From contig OX597824.1 of the NCBI GenBank assembly GCA_951406725.2, positions 60,450,001 through 60,514,000 of the forward strand: 64,000 nucleotides of DNA, given 5' to 3'. The notes below the pieces were generated by a model. The model was not told the DNA's origin and did not search any database. It saw only the letters and a program-made list of their open reading frames with translations. A program made the translations under genes and the position numbers. This stretch comes from Octopus vulgaris. Its lineage: Eukaryota. This document shows, piece after piece, positions 53,337-64,000 of the stretch. Position 1 is the first letter of the stretch. The number at the start of each line of letters is the position of its first letter.

Positions 53337-53497
53337 AAATAGGAAAAAAGCAACAAGAATGGATTAAAATCTCGGTACAATTGTTTCGTACGAGGACATC
53401 TTTAATAAGCTACAAAAAATGCAGCTTATTAAAGATGTCCTCGTACGAAACAATTGTACCGAGATTTTAATCCATTCTTGTTGCTTTTTTCCTATTT
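53337..53497. repeat. Perfect 75-bp inverted repeat with 11-nt loop
   Basis: 53337-53411 is the exact reverse complement of 53423-53497. Confidence 0.95.
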
Positions 53498-53673
53498 GTA
53501 ATCACCCCACTTGTCGTATGGTTAACACCATATAGATTTCCGGTGCATCCTGGTTAAGGACTATATTCATGTGAATTCATTAGAATTCACTTGAATCTCA
53601 ATTACTTAAACCGTATATATATATTGTTATATTTCGGAATGGTCATATTGCCAGTTTAGCCAATAAATCTTGC

Positions 53674-53725
<52 letters not shown>

Positions 53726-54321
53726 CATATATTTATACATATATATATACACACATACACACGTATATGCATATATATATATATATATATACACATACAC
53801 ACACATATGTGCTTATGTGCATACACATATGCATAAACACATACACACATACAAATATATACATACATGCACACATGTAGATATGTTTACACTATTATTA
53901 ATTATTCATCACCCATAAGAAAAAGTGATATATATCCCTTTAGATCAGTTAAATTTAGTTGGTTGGTGAGGTTTTAAATATCTTTTCAAACCTGATGGCA
54001 CTGGAAGTGAAATTGGATAGGTCTTACAGTTTGTTAGAATTTTATTATGAATAATTGGTTAAAATTTATTATTATTTAAAGCTAATGTAATATAAAAGGG
54101 GAGAGAATTGTGTTAAGTTTTGTTCCTATAAATTTGTTGAAATTACATACAGAATATATTTCCATTTTCTTATTCTCCATTTGCATGATTATAAACCATG
54201 GTTCATATATAAACCTATTATTTTATGGATTTAATCCTCTCCCAAAAATATTAGGTTTTGAACCAGTATTTCCTTGGATGATACAATCCCTTCATGAGGT
54301 CAACATAACCTCTATTTGAAT

Positions 54322-54357
<36 letters not shown>

Positions 54358-54358
<1 letters not shown>

Positions 54359-54825
54359 TAGCAGTATCGCCCGGCGTTGCTTGGGTTTGTAAGGGAAATA
54401 ACTATATAAGCATTTTTAGAGAGTTACTTCCCTTATAGATGCCAATTCGGGCTTTCTTAGCCATTTCTGTTTTGGTGTCTTCAAGCCATGAAGTCGTTCT
54501 AAAAGAACGCTGGTCTCCTTGACAACGCTTTACGGCGTTGATTTCCTTACACTCCCTTCCCCACAGCTTCACGAGGGAGGGAAGAAGGGGGAGAAGCAAA
54601 CAGGTGCAGGTATGACCATGGACGCCAACTCCGCCGCCATCGACACACGAAAAATTATGCATTAAAATGGAATAAAAAATGATGTTAAATTATTTTTAAA
54701 ATCGTAGACTCATCGTAGACGCGCGCTAATACTCAGACGGGCTCGATATGAATCACGACTATAAGATACCCGAATTTGGTTAAACTGCACCGCAAAATGT
54801 GGGAGTAGTTAGGAATCTAAATCGA
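54358..54825 (-). mobile_element. Helitron 3' portion
   Basis: CTAG|T end at 54358-54361 with hairpin cccggcgttgcttggg nearby. CpG-rich, adjacent to (TA)n. Confidence 0.65.
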
Positions 54826-56541
54826 AGCTAGGGCTGTTTCCTTCTGATGGTCTGTTTTTTGGTAATCTACCTTCAACTCTTTTCCAATGTTCCAGTTTAT
54901 TTCTTGGTTACTTAGAGTGTAAAGAACAATATTAAAATGAGAAGAATGAAGAGAATGAATGATATTAAAATGAACATAAAGTTCGAATGTTCAAATTCTT
55001 AATTCTCCTCATTTTAATATACTTATCAGGGCTGTAGCCAGGCTGAGGCCCAGTTGCCTCCTCTGATTTTCCTTAACTGATGATAAAAATGAGTTTAGTA
55101 TTGAAAATCATGAAATGTTAAAATATTTGTTTTTGTGGTATTTTGATTTTATCAAGAAGTTGACAATAAACAATAATGACTTTAAATAGTAAATTTAGTT
55201 TTAGGCTAATATAATGAATGACCTTTCACAGTGGTAGCTGAAGCATGTAAAGTAACTACTTATTGAATGTTCTCTCACATTCCCTGACACCAAGTATTTT
55301 GGCCATCTGGCTGTGGGCTGTTTTTAGACATGACTGTCTGCCAGCCTGGGAATTCCTACAATTGCTTGGTGGAGCTATTTTTGAATGCCTGTGAGATCAC
55401 ACTCCTCATAGTAAGGTGAGGAAGAGAGGTTTTGGATTGGTAACTGGTGTATTTATTGCAACCAATTTTCTCAACATCACACTTAACAGGATGTATACTC
55501 GGAAGGATCCTCCTTGTAAACATGCAAAATTAAGCGATTATTTCAAACGAGTACCATCAAACATGTAAGTATCCTTAATATACTGAAAAGGGTAAACCAA
55601 ATTGTTTCCTGCAAAACTATTGTCTGTGTGTTCATCAACTTTTTCTACAAAGGACTTCTCTCAAACTGTTGGCCCAAAAGGGACCAGATTTTTTTGATAG
55701 TACCTGGCTTGATCCTCTATCAAGTTTGTTTAACTTGTGCTGATTCAGCAATTGTCTACCGTTCTTTGAACAAATTACTTAACAATCTTCTTCTCTGAAA
55801 CTATTTGACCTAATATCAAAAACAATTACTGGGGTGTTCACTGGGTAGTCCCCTACAAAGTTAATTGATATTTCATTAATTGGATGATTTTTTTTTTATT
55901 TAATAAAAAATCTATTTAATAGAAAACACATAAGGACTTTTCATTTTCTATATGTTTTTCATGATTATTTCTCTGTCAGAATCATCAAGACAACTACCAA
56001 ATAACAGTGAGAGGTTTACTGTACTGGGCAAATTACAAAGATGGGATCTCTTCAGTTTCACTCACAGATTTTATTATTATTATTTTTTTTTAACTAAACA
56101 GTTTGAAACTTCGTATACTGGTTTAATTTCTCATGCTGAACACAGTTTACTTTCAACATTTTGGACAAAATTTCATATTTTAGAAGTTATTTCGTGTTAA
56201 AGTTGTTATATTTGGGTAATTTTAATGAATCAATGAGTGTATTCAGCTGAAGAAAGCTACTGCTGTTTGTGATAATAATCAAAGAGCAACAACTTCTGGG
56301 TCATCTCTTCTAAATGTCACCACACTGTTCTATTTCATTTTTGTTTACTGCCTGTGTTGCATATTACATGCGTTTTTTTTTTGTTTTGGTTATTGTGTTG
56401 GAGAAACCAGTAAACATCGAAGAATCAACACTGAGAAGGAAGAAATATTTACATATATTTATTCGTTTGCCCAACATGTAGTAGTGAGAGACAGCAGTAA
56501 TTGTTGTGGCAGTGATAACAAGTTCATTGTCACTGGTTGGT

Positions 56542-56661
56542 AGTTGATAGTGTAGAAGTTGATAGTGTAGAAGTTGATAGTGTAGAAGTTAATAGTGTAG
56601 AAGTTGATAGTGTAGAAGTTGATAGTGTAGAAGTTGATAGTGTAGAAGTTGATAGTGTAGA
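56542..56661. repeat. 15-bp minisatellite (agttgatagtgtaga) x8
   Basis: Eight tandem units with one substitution. Confidence 0.95.
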
Positions 56662-58078
56662 AGCAAGTCGACATCATTAGGTGCATTCGCAGTCGCAGCT
56701 TTTATATCAGAGTGTCCTTCTCCCATTCTTTGCCCAATCAAAGGCTAACTACAAGAGATAGCAGTGAAGTATTTAAATTCAGAGTTACCTTCTCTTAGAT
56801 AGACTACCTTTGCCACAGCTTGGGTAAACAAAGAAGCTCCATCCACCCCTTATCTATTTATCATACAAAAAGGAAAAAATAAAATAAAAATTAAAAATTG
56901 AGATACAATATATACAATTCAAAGCACAATATATACGATATATGCATATACAATTTGAAATACAATACAACACACACACACGTCTATAAACACATGTTAT
57001 TGAATGGCTGTTGACTACACTGTAGTTCTTCCGCCCTTTGACGGTTTTATTTTTATGTCCCTCAAGGTTTCCAACAATCACCTGCCTCACCAAGCTTGGT
57101 GGGGTTGCCTGTTTAGTCACCAACGACCTGATCATGTAACTGGTTGTTCTGGATTACATGGTACCAGTAGCGCTCAAGAGCGATCTGACATATATACATA
57201 CATGCATGCATACATGCATACATACATACATGCATACATGCACACACACACATACATACATAAATGCATACATGAATGCACACATACATACATTTGTACG
57301 TACGTATGTACGTACATACATACATGCATACATACATACAATCATTCATACGTACATACACACATACATACATACATACATATATACATATGGCTTGGAA
57401 ACCTTCAGCTTCTATCTCTGGATTATAAATTTATTTATATTACATGCATGTATATCACTATATGTTTGTGTGTATCTATCTATATGTATATGTCTCACAA
57501 ATACACACACACACACTCATACACATATATACATAATTTGAGCACTTGGTTTTGGAAGTAAATACCCAACTGTCAGTCTGTATAAGCTTGAACTTTTAGA
57601 AAAAGAAATCGCCAACTGACTTGCACATTACAAATACAATCTGTAAGCAGAACAGTAAAACTATTCAACACTTTTATCAGGTTTAAAAGTTGACACCGTT
57701 TCCCTTATCTACATTTCAACAATGGAGCTTTGTAGTTTTGTTAGAAACTAGCTCCTTCTTTAAAAGAAGAATTTAAATAATTAAAAACATACATACATAC
57801 GTCAGTTACAAATTGTTGCAATATCTGAACTTCAAAATTTTTGAAACATAGTTTTGATTAAAAGGATGAACATTTACATAAAAGATGAGGACAATTTCCT
57901 TTTATTTACAACCTTGCAACGAGGAAGGTGGCTGGACAGAAATAAATTAAAATTTTAAGAAAAATAGAAAACTTCAAGGTGCCATGCACTGGGACTGAAT
58001 CCAAAACCAAGTGATTGGGAAGAGAACTTCTTAACTATGCCTGAATCATTGCCTTATGTATGTGTATGTGTGTGCACG

Positions 58079-58119
<41 letters not shown>

Positions 58120-60151
58120 TATATGTACACACACATATGTATATGTATTTATGAGAAAACCTTGCTGAGGTTGAAATAGTAAGAATTGTTTCTGTTATTG
58201 ATGTGCAGTTCAAAGAAGGAGGTAAGTCACCTGACAGAATGCTTCACAAGAGAAGACGTACCCACCTTCCTTGTCCATTCAGCTTTAACACAGAGCTGTC
58301 ATCAGTTAGCCCTGTATCATTGTGGATATCCTAAGTGGCAGTTTGTACTTTTGATAACTTGTTCTTTTGATGGCTTTAATTAATAATTAAACAATATATA
58401 TTTCATGCACAACAGAGCATGAATCAGATCTGAAATAAATTTAGATATTGGAAAGTCTCTCTGTTGTGTGAAACAAAAATGTAAATATATATTCTCTATG
58501 CTGTTGTATGGAAAAAAGCTGGGGGCTGGTTCATTTTCTCTCATGAATGGTCAACAGTCTGTGAGAGTACTCTCTATCATGGAAGGTCAATCTTGTTCTT
58601 CTAACTCTTCTGGGTGGATAACCATTGAGTACTGCAGTAGAATTAATATTCTTTCTATGAAACATCCTGATAGAACCCTTTATATTTCATTGGTATGAAG
58701 ATGATGAGTTGGTAGAATTGTCAGTGATTCAGACTAAATGCTTAGTGGCATTTCTTTTGGCTCTTTGTGTTTCAGGTTCAAATTCTCTCAAGGTAAATTG
58801 GGATTAAGGAAATCGATTTACTTTACTCTTAAAATTTCTGACTTTGTGTCAAAATTTTAAACCATCATTTCATCGGCATTTAAAATTCCTGTACCTCACT
58901 TCCTCCCACAAAATTTCTGTCTATGTTCCAGGGTTAGAAAGCAATACATAATAGTTATTTATTATATATTTTATATATTTAGCAAAGAAATATTAGAAGT
59001 TTTGTTGTTCATACACTTCTCTCACAGAATTCATAAGAGTGGGGGAAATGGACTTTAAAATATATGACAAAGCAATAAATAACAATGCATAAATTTGATC
59101 AACTAATATTGTAAATGTGTGTATGGGTGTGTATAGTTGACAGAATAACTGTGTACATGAAAGGAGTGTATGTAATTAATAGTATAATTGTATGTTTATG
59201 TGTAGGTTATGAATGGTGTCATTGAATTATAGTGCAATTGACACAGGGCTGCTTATCAAGGGATTGTTAATGTCTTGACACATGGATGACCTATATTCTC
59301 CTCATCCATCTTAAACTTGAATACCATTTGTGGTACACTTACATTTATTGCTTTCTCTCATGATCAACTTTATGCCCCCACTGTCATTCAAAGGTGTGGC
59401 TGTGTGGTTAAAATGTTTGCTTGCCAACCACATGGTTCTGGGTTCAGTCCCATTGTGTGGTACCTTGGGATAGTGTCTTTTATTGAACAAAGCCTTATGA
59501 TTGGATTTGGCAGACAGAAACTGAAAGAAGCCCATCATATGTATGTATATATATATATATATACACACATGCATACATACTAATTACACACACATTCATT
59601 ATTAGTTAATAAATTGTATGGTATACATCTGGTAGTTTTCTGGTAAAGCACGTTTAATGTTTGTTGAGTAATAATAATAATGATAATAATAATGATAATT
59701 TCACCTATGGGGAAATTTACCATGGTGGAATATATCGTGGTGGAATTTACCTACGGTCACCTGTTGGAATTTTCCGTGGTGGAATTTACCAGTCACCGGT
59801 TTGCATGGACGAATCTACATAATTCTAACAGAACCAAGAAAATAATGACTCATTCACTAAACATATTACGTAAGTACAAAATATCATTATATTAGTTAAA
59901 TTTCATTTTTGTTAAATTTGTGTAGAGTTTAAAATTTCAAATTTATGTAAAGTTTATATAACGTTTTAATTTTGCATTTTAAATTCTGACTTCATCATAT
60001 GAGCATCCAGTTTAACTGAAAGGCCTAATCACTGACTTAAAGTAAAAAATGGCTGTGTAGTCCACAGAGACTTGGAACCTTAATGTAGGATTAGAATGAC
60101 ACAGTGTGCAACAAGACTGGATCTAGCAGTGAGCTGGCAGAAACGTTAGTA

Positions 60152-60246
60152 TAGCCATGAAAACAGGAGAAAGATTGGTTATTTTACCCTTATATTTCCG
60201 ACATATAAGGGTAAAATGCCCAATCTTTCTGCTGCTTTCATGGCTA
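60152..60246. repeat. 44-bp inverted repeat with 7-nt loop
   Basis: 60152-60195 pairs with 60203-60246 with 4 mismatches. Confidence 0.9.
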
Positions 60247-60700
60247 GACTGCATTCGAAATATTACTTTTTTGTATGTACAACACTTTATATTTTTCATA
60301 ATATTGTTTTCTTAGTTGATAAAAATTTCCTTCAATTTAATGTCTTGTGTTATGGATGCCTGTAAATAAGATTTAGTTTATTAAAGCCTCTCTCTTCTGT
60401 GGTTATGGTTATAGGTACCATCGTACTAATAGGTTCCATATACTTATAGCTAAAACTTATTAGTTAGAGGTATGCACTTTGAAAAAAAAAATAAAAAAGA
60501 AAAATGGGGTAATTACCTCCTCTAAAATTTATTGACCCCTAGATACATTTATAAAATAACTTTCCTCCTGTTAACAGATTGAAAAACTTCTTGGAATTGT
60601 AATATTAACACACTAATTTCTTAGTCATGATTAGCAAAAGCGAAAGAGATCAACTATGTAAATATTCTCTCTCTCTCTTTCTATATATATGCATATATAT

Positions 60701-62022
60701 AATTGTATCAAGGACCTATAATCCTTTAAGGGATGCTAGCATCCTAGTTCTCCGGTTTATACTAGTGTTCAGTGAAAACTAAATATATTAGTTTTGCCTT
60801 GATATATATAGGTATCTAAAATATTTATGAACGAGAAAAAGAAGGAATTGGAGAAATTGACATGCAGACATTAGTTTATTTAAAGATATTCAAATCTATA
60901 TAATGAAATTCCAGTCCTACAGCCTTTTCCATATCCATTTAGTTCAATTACAGAAATTAAATTAAATTAGATTAATTTAATATATTTAGTTTACACTAAA
61001 CACTGGTATAAACTGGAGAACTAGGATGCTAGCATCTGTTAAAGGATTATAGGACCTTGCTACAATTAAAGTGGATTTATATTAGTTTCTATCAGTAATA
61101 TGGAGAAAATTGAAGAGGATTTTCTATGAAAGATATTCCAATTCCACCTAAAAAGGAATACACTAAAGACCTAATTCGAAAAACAACAGAATTCATCCAT
61201 AGACTTGGATGGAAAGCATACCATTTTGACAAGAAATTCGATACACTAACAAGTAACAAAACTGAAGATAAAGAATAATGTATAAATAGAATTTTTAAGA
61301 CCAAAAGATATCCGTGACCAAATAGTCACCTTGCCAGTTTTGAAGAGGAATTATGGAAAATTATTAGATATGTTAAATTTAAATGATATCCCCATAGGGG
61401 AAATGAATACCTGATGAACTAATATGTATTGTATCAGAGCTTAGTAAAAATGGAATAATTGTTCACTTTGATAAGACTGGAAACTGGTGCAATCCAGATA
61501 TAAATTACTACCATGAACTTTTGGAAAAAGAAATTACAAAAAAGTTATAAAATCTCTAAAAAAAAAGTATGTTAAGAACTACTAACTTAATGTCTAAACA
61601 AATTATGGAAAATTACAAATTGGATGATAGAACTGAACTTTTTATTCCTAAAAGACTGAGGATTATTTTAAAGGATCACACAGAAATTTTTTATAATAAC
61701 TCTAAAGTAAGATTGCTTTGCCCAGGTAAATTGGACCTGGGTAAACTTAGGAAAACTATTTTGGATAAGTATATATCAGTTCTTAAACAAAAAATTAGAT
61801 TACAGCTCTGATCTAATACCTATGAGGTAATAGATTGGTTTGATAGAATTAAGTTTAAAAGTAGGAATAAATAGATATTGACAGCTATTACTTTCCAATT
61901 AACCAAGTTGTTTTAAATAAAGCTCGTTTATTCGCGAAAAATAACTCCTATATTAATATGAATGAAATTAATGTTGTTTTAGCTACTAGAAGAACAATTA
62001 TGGAGTTTGAGAACAAGTGTTG
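60701..62022 (+). mobile_element. Decayed Penelope-like retroelement (Naiad-like RT N-terminal half) preceded by a 90-bp inverted repeat
   Basis: FSMKDIPIPPKKEY..LIRKTTEFIHRLGWKA, DKTGNW, ILKDH.E.FYNNSKVRLLCPGK.DLGK, SNTYEVIDWF. IR arms at 60701-60790 and 60978-61067. Confidence 0.7.
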
Positions 62023-62450
62023 AAGGTCTCCCGTAAGGGTGAACCTAATTGTTGAAATATTGAATTGTTCATTACTGTTATTTTGCCTGTTACATTTGTT
62101 TTCTTCCCCATTTATGGGTGAAGTGGTGAGAAAAGAAAAGATGGAAAACGAACCAGTTCTTGCTAGCAGCTATGCAGCAGTAACTGGAAGAAGCTTATCT
62201 GCAGACGTACTACAGGTTAGAGAGGTGAAAATGGAAGAAAAGAAGTTGAAGCAGTTCAACAAGCTTATTGAGAAGGAAGGTACCAGCCTGAGGTTGACCC
62301 CACTGCAAGAATTGACAGCGAATGTAACCAAGTGGACAGTAGTATACAAAACGCTGTCCACGGCAATGGAAAAGATTGAAATAGCGACGGTAGAAGTATT
62401 GGAAGAGTGTTTGAAGGAGATATAAGACATGTCTGAGAGGGCCACCACAA
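62023..62450 (+). mobile_element. Probable 5' end / ORF1 fragment of another LINE
   Basis: MENEPVLASSYAAVTGRS...; the SYA motif is typical of LINE ORF1 N-termini. Abruptly interrupts the Penelope-like ORF. Confidence 0.35.
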
Positions 62451-62454
62451 ATAG

Positions 62455-63885
62455 TAGTGGCTCCAGTACAGTTCCCTGTGAGACTCCACTGAAATTGGTG
62501 TCTCTTCAGAGCAAGCACCATTGGCTACAACTGTCTGGTTCTTGCCCTTCAGAAAGTCATGCAACCACTCTCTCAGTTTCCCAGTAATATCAAGGTTTTG
62601 CAGCTTGTGACATATGTCATGATCAACTTGTTGAAGGCCCTGACAAAGTCAAGGTATATCACATTTACAGCTAACTGGTTTAGCTATTGCTTCAGTACCT
62701 AGTCAAAGTGCTACAGCAACTGTGTTAGGCAGCTCCTCCCTGGACGGAAGTCATGTCGCGTATTTGTGAGAAGGTTGTTTTCTTCTAGGAACGTGATCAG
62801 CCTTTTTCTGACAATGCGTTCCATTGTCTTGTCAGAGAGAAGGGCCTGTAGTTTTTAGCATCTGTTCTGCTCCCTCCTTTATGGACAGGGTATTTTATAC
62901 CCTCTTTTAGCATGTTGGGAAGTTTACCACATGCAAGGAAACTCTGAAAAAGTATCTGCAGTGGCCTTACAAGAGCCTTTTCACATGTCTTTAAGAGAAC
63001 AGCTGAGTTTGATCTCTTATCAGTGGCCGATATTACATCTTCTTCTGTTATGTTGATGTAATCGATGGCTACCTCTTTTCCAAATAGATTCGTTACATTG
63101 AAAAACTCCTCAGGCTTGTTTATTTACGTATTTTCCAGTGGAGAAGTGAAAATATTTCGGAATTGTTTATTTATCTTCCCCGGGTCTGCAGTTAGTGAGC
63201 TGTTTTTACCAAATAGCGGCCCTATCTTATAACATACTGGGGGAGACTCCTTTGCCAATGTGTAGAAGGCTTTAGAATTTCCTATTACGCTTTTGACTGC
63301 CCAGGTTTCTCTTTCTTTTTCATGGGTGAGTTTGAGTTTATTTTCTTTCTCGAAGAGTTCCTCTGTCAGGTGGGATTTCACACTATTATTGAGGTGTTTA
63401 TTAAAACGATTTGAGATCTTTATTCTCTGTTGCATGAATATTCTTCCTGTCTCGGGGAATGATGTTTTTGTGTGTACTGGCTCTCTTCTCTGAGACATTG
63501 CATATAGCTCCCATTACTGACATGAATTTATTGAGTTTCACATCTGTGTCTTGCATAGAGAGGCTTTTAGGCCAGTCTTGCTGGAGTATCTATTTTTCAA
63601 GTGACTTCCAGTCAGCCTTATAGAAATTTAAGCTGGATAGAGTCTGAGCGCCATCTGTGCGGAGTTTATCTTTAGTTAATTCAGGGTCATACATTGTCAG
63701 TTCTATCATGCTATGGTCTGAGAATGTTGTCAGTGATATATTTTTACGTTGTGGATAATTCCCACATTGTTTGTAAAACAGAGGTCCAGGATATTTTTGT
63801 ACCTGGTTGGAGAGAATATGACCTGCTCCGTGAATAGCATTTTCGTAAGATCAAGTAGAGATTCTGCTTGATTTCACTCTGTGTG
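62455..63885 (-). mobile_element. CR1-group LINE fragment (APE C-terminus, linker, RT N-terminus), decayed
   Basis: NILDLCFTN..SDHSMIE, FYKADWK, NSKAFY, HDFRPGRSCLTQLL, VIYLDFVRAFNK. Confidence 0.85.
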
Positions 63886-64000
63886 CGAAATATATAGTAG
63901 TACGTTGATGCAATTGTGTTAGTACTTCTTTTATCGCACTGAAGATTTCTCCAAATTTTCCATCATGATTTGAGGCATCAGGAGGGTGATATAGTGTACA

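Noticed and set aside
55400-56330. Possible exons or DNA-transposon remnant
   Set aside because: No consistent frame, termini or domain could be established.
58209-58221. 13-nt microexon candidate (gcAG|TTCAAAGAAGGAG|GTAAGT)
   Set aside because: No partner exons identifiable; such matches arise by chance in 64 kb.

Overview
AT-rich, microsatellite- and transposon-dense animal DNA. The SINE/LINE repertoire looks like Octopus (inference from repeat families, not checked). The only host protein-coding gene I can support is a minus-strand, spliced CLOCK-interacting pacemaker (CIPC)-like gene. Its four coding exons (16654-16774, 8049-8171, 7417-7475, 3490-4002) have GT-AG sites and matching phases and give about 271 aa. 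A probable non-coding first exon ends at 31122, next to a CpG-retaining promoter region (about 28.4-33.4 kb) with a tandem E-box element. Three short upstream ORFs start in the 40 nt before the start codon. The rest is decayed mobile DNA: R4/Dong-like LINEs in (TAA)n, RTE and CR1 LINEs, non-autonomous Helitrons, mariner and maT-type transposons, tRNA-derived SINEs and Penelope-like remnants. The most unusual non-coding structures are long fold-back palindromes at 52.3, 53.3, 60.2 and 60.7 kb. The 52.3 kb one carries a minimal hammerhead-ribozyme-like motif on each strand. Most ORFs in the supplied track are microsatellite or transposon artefacts.
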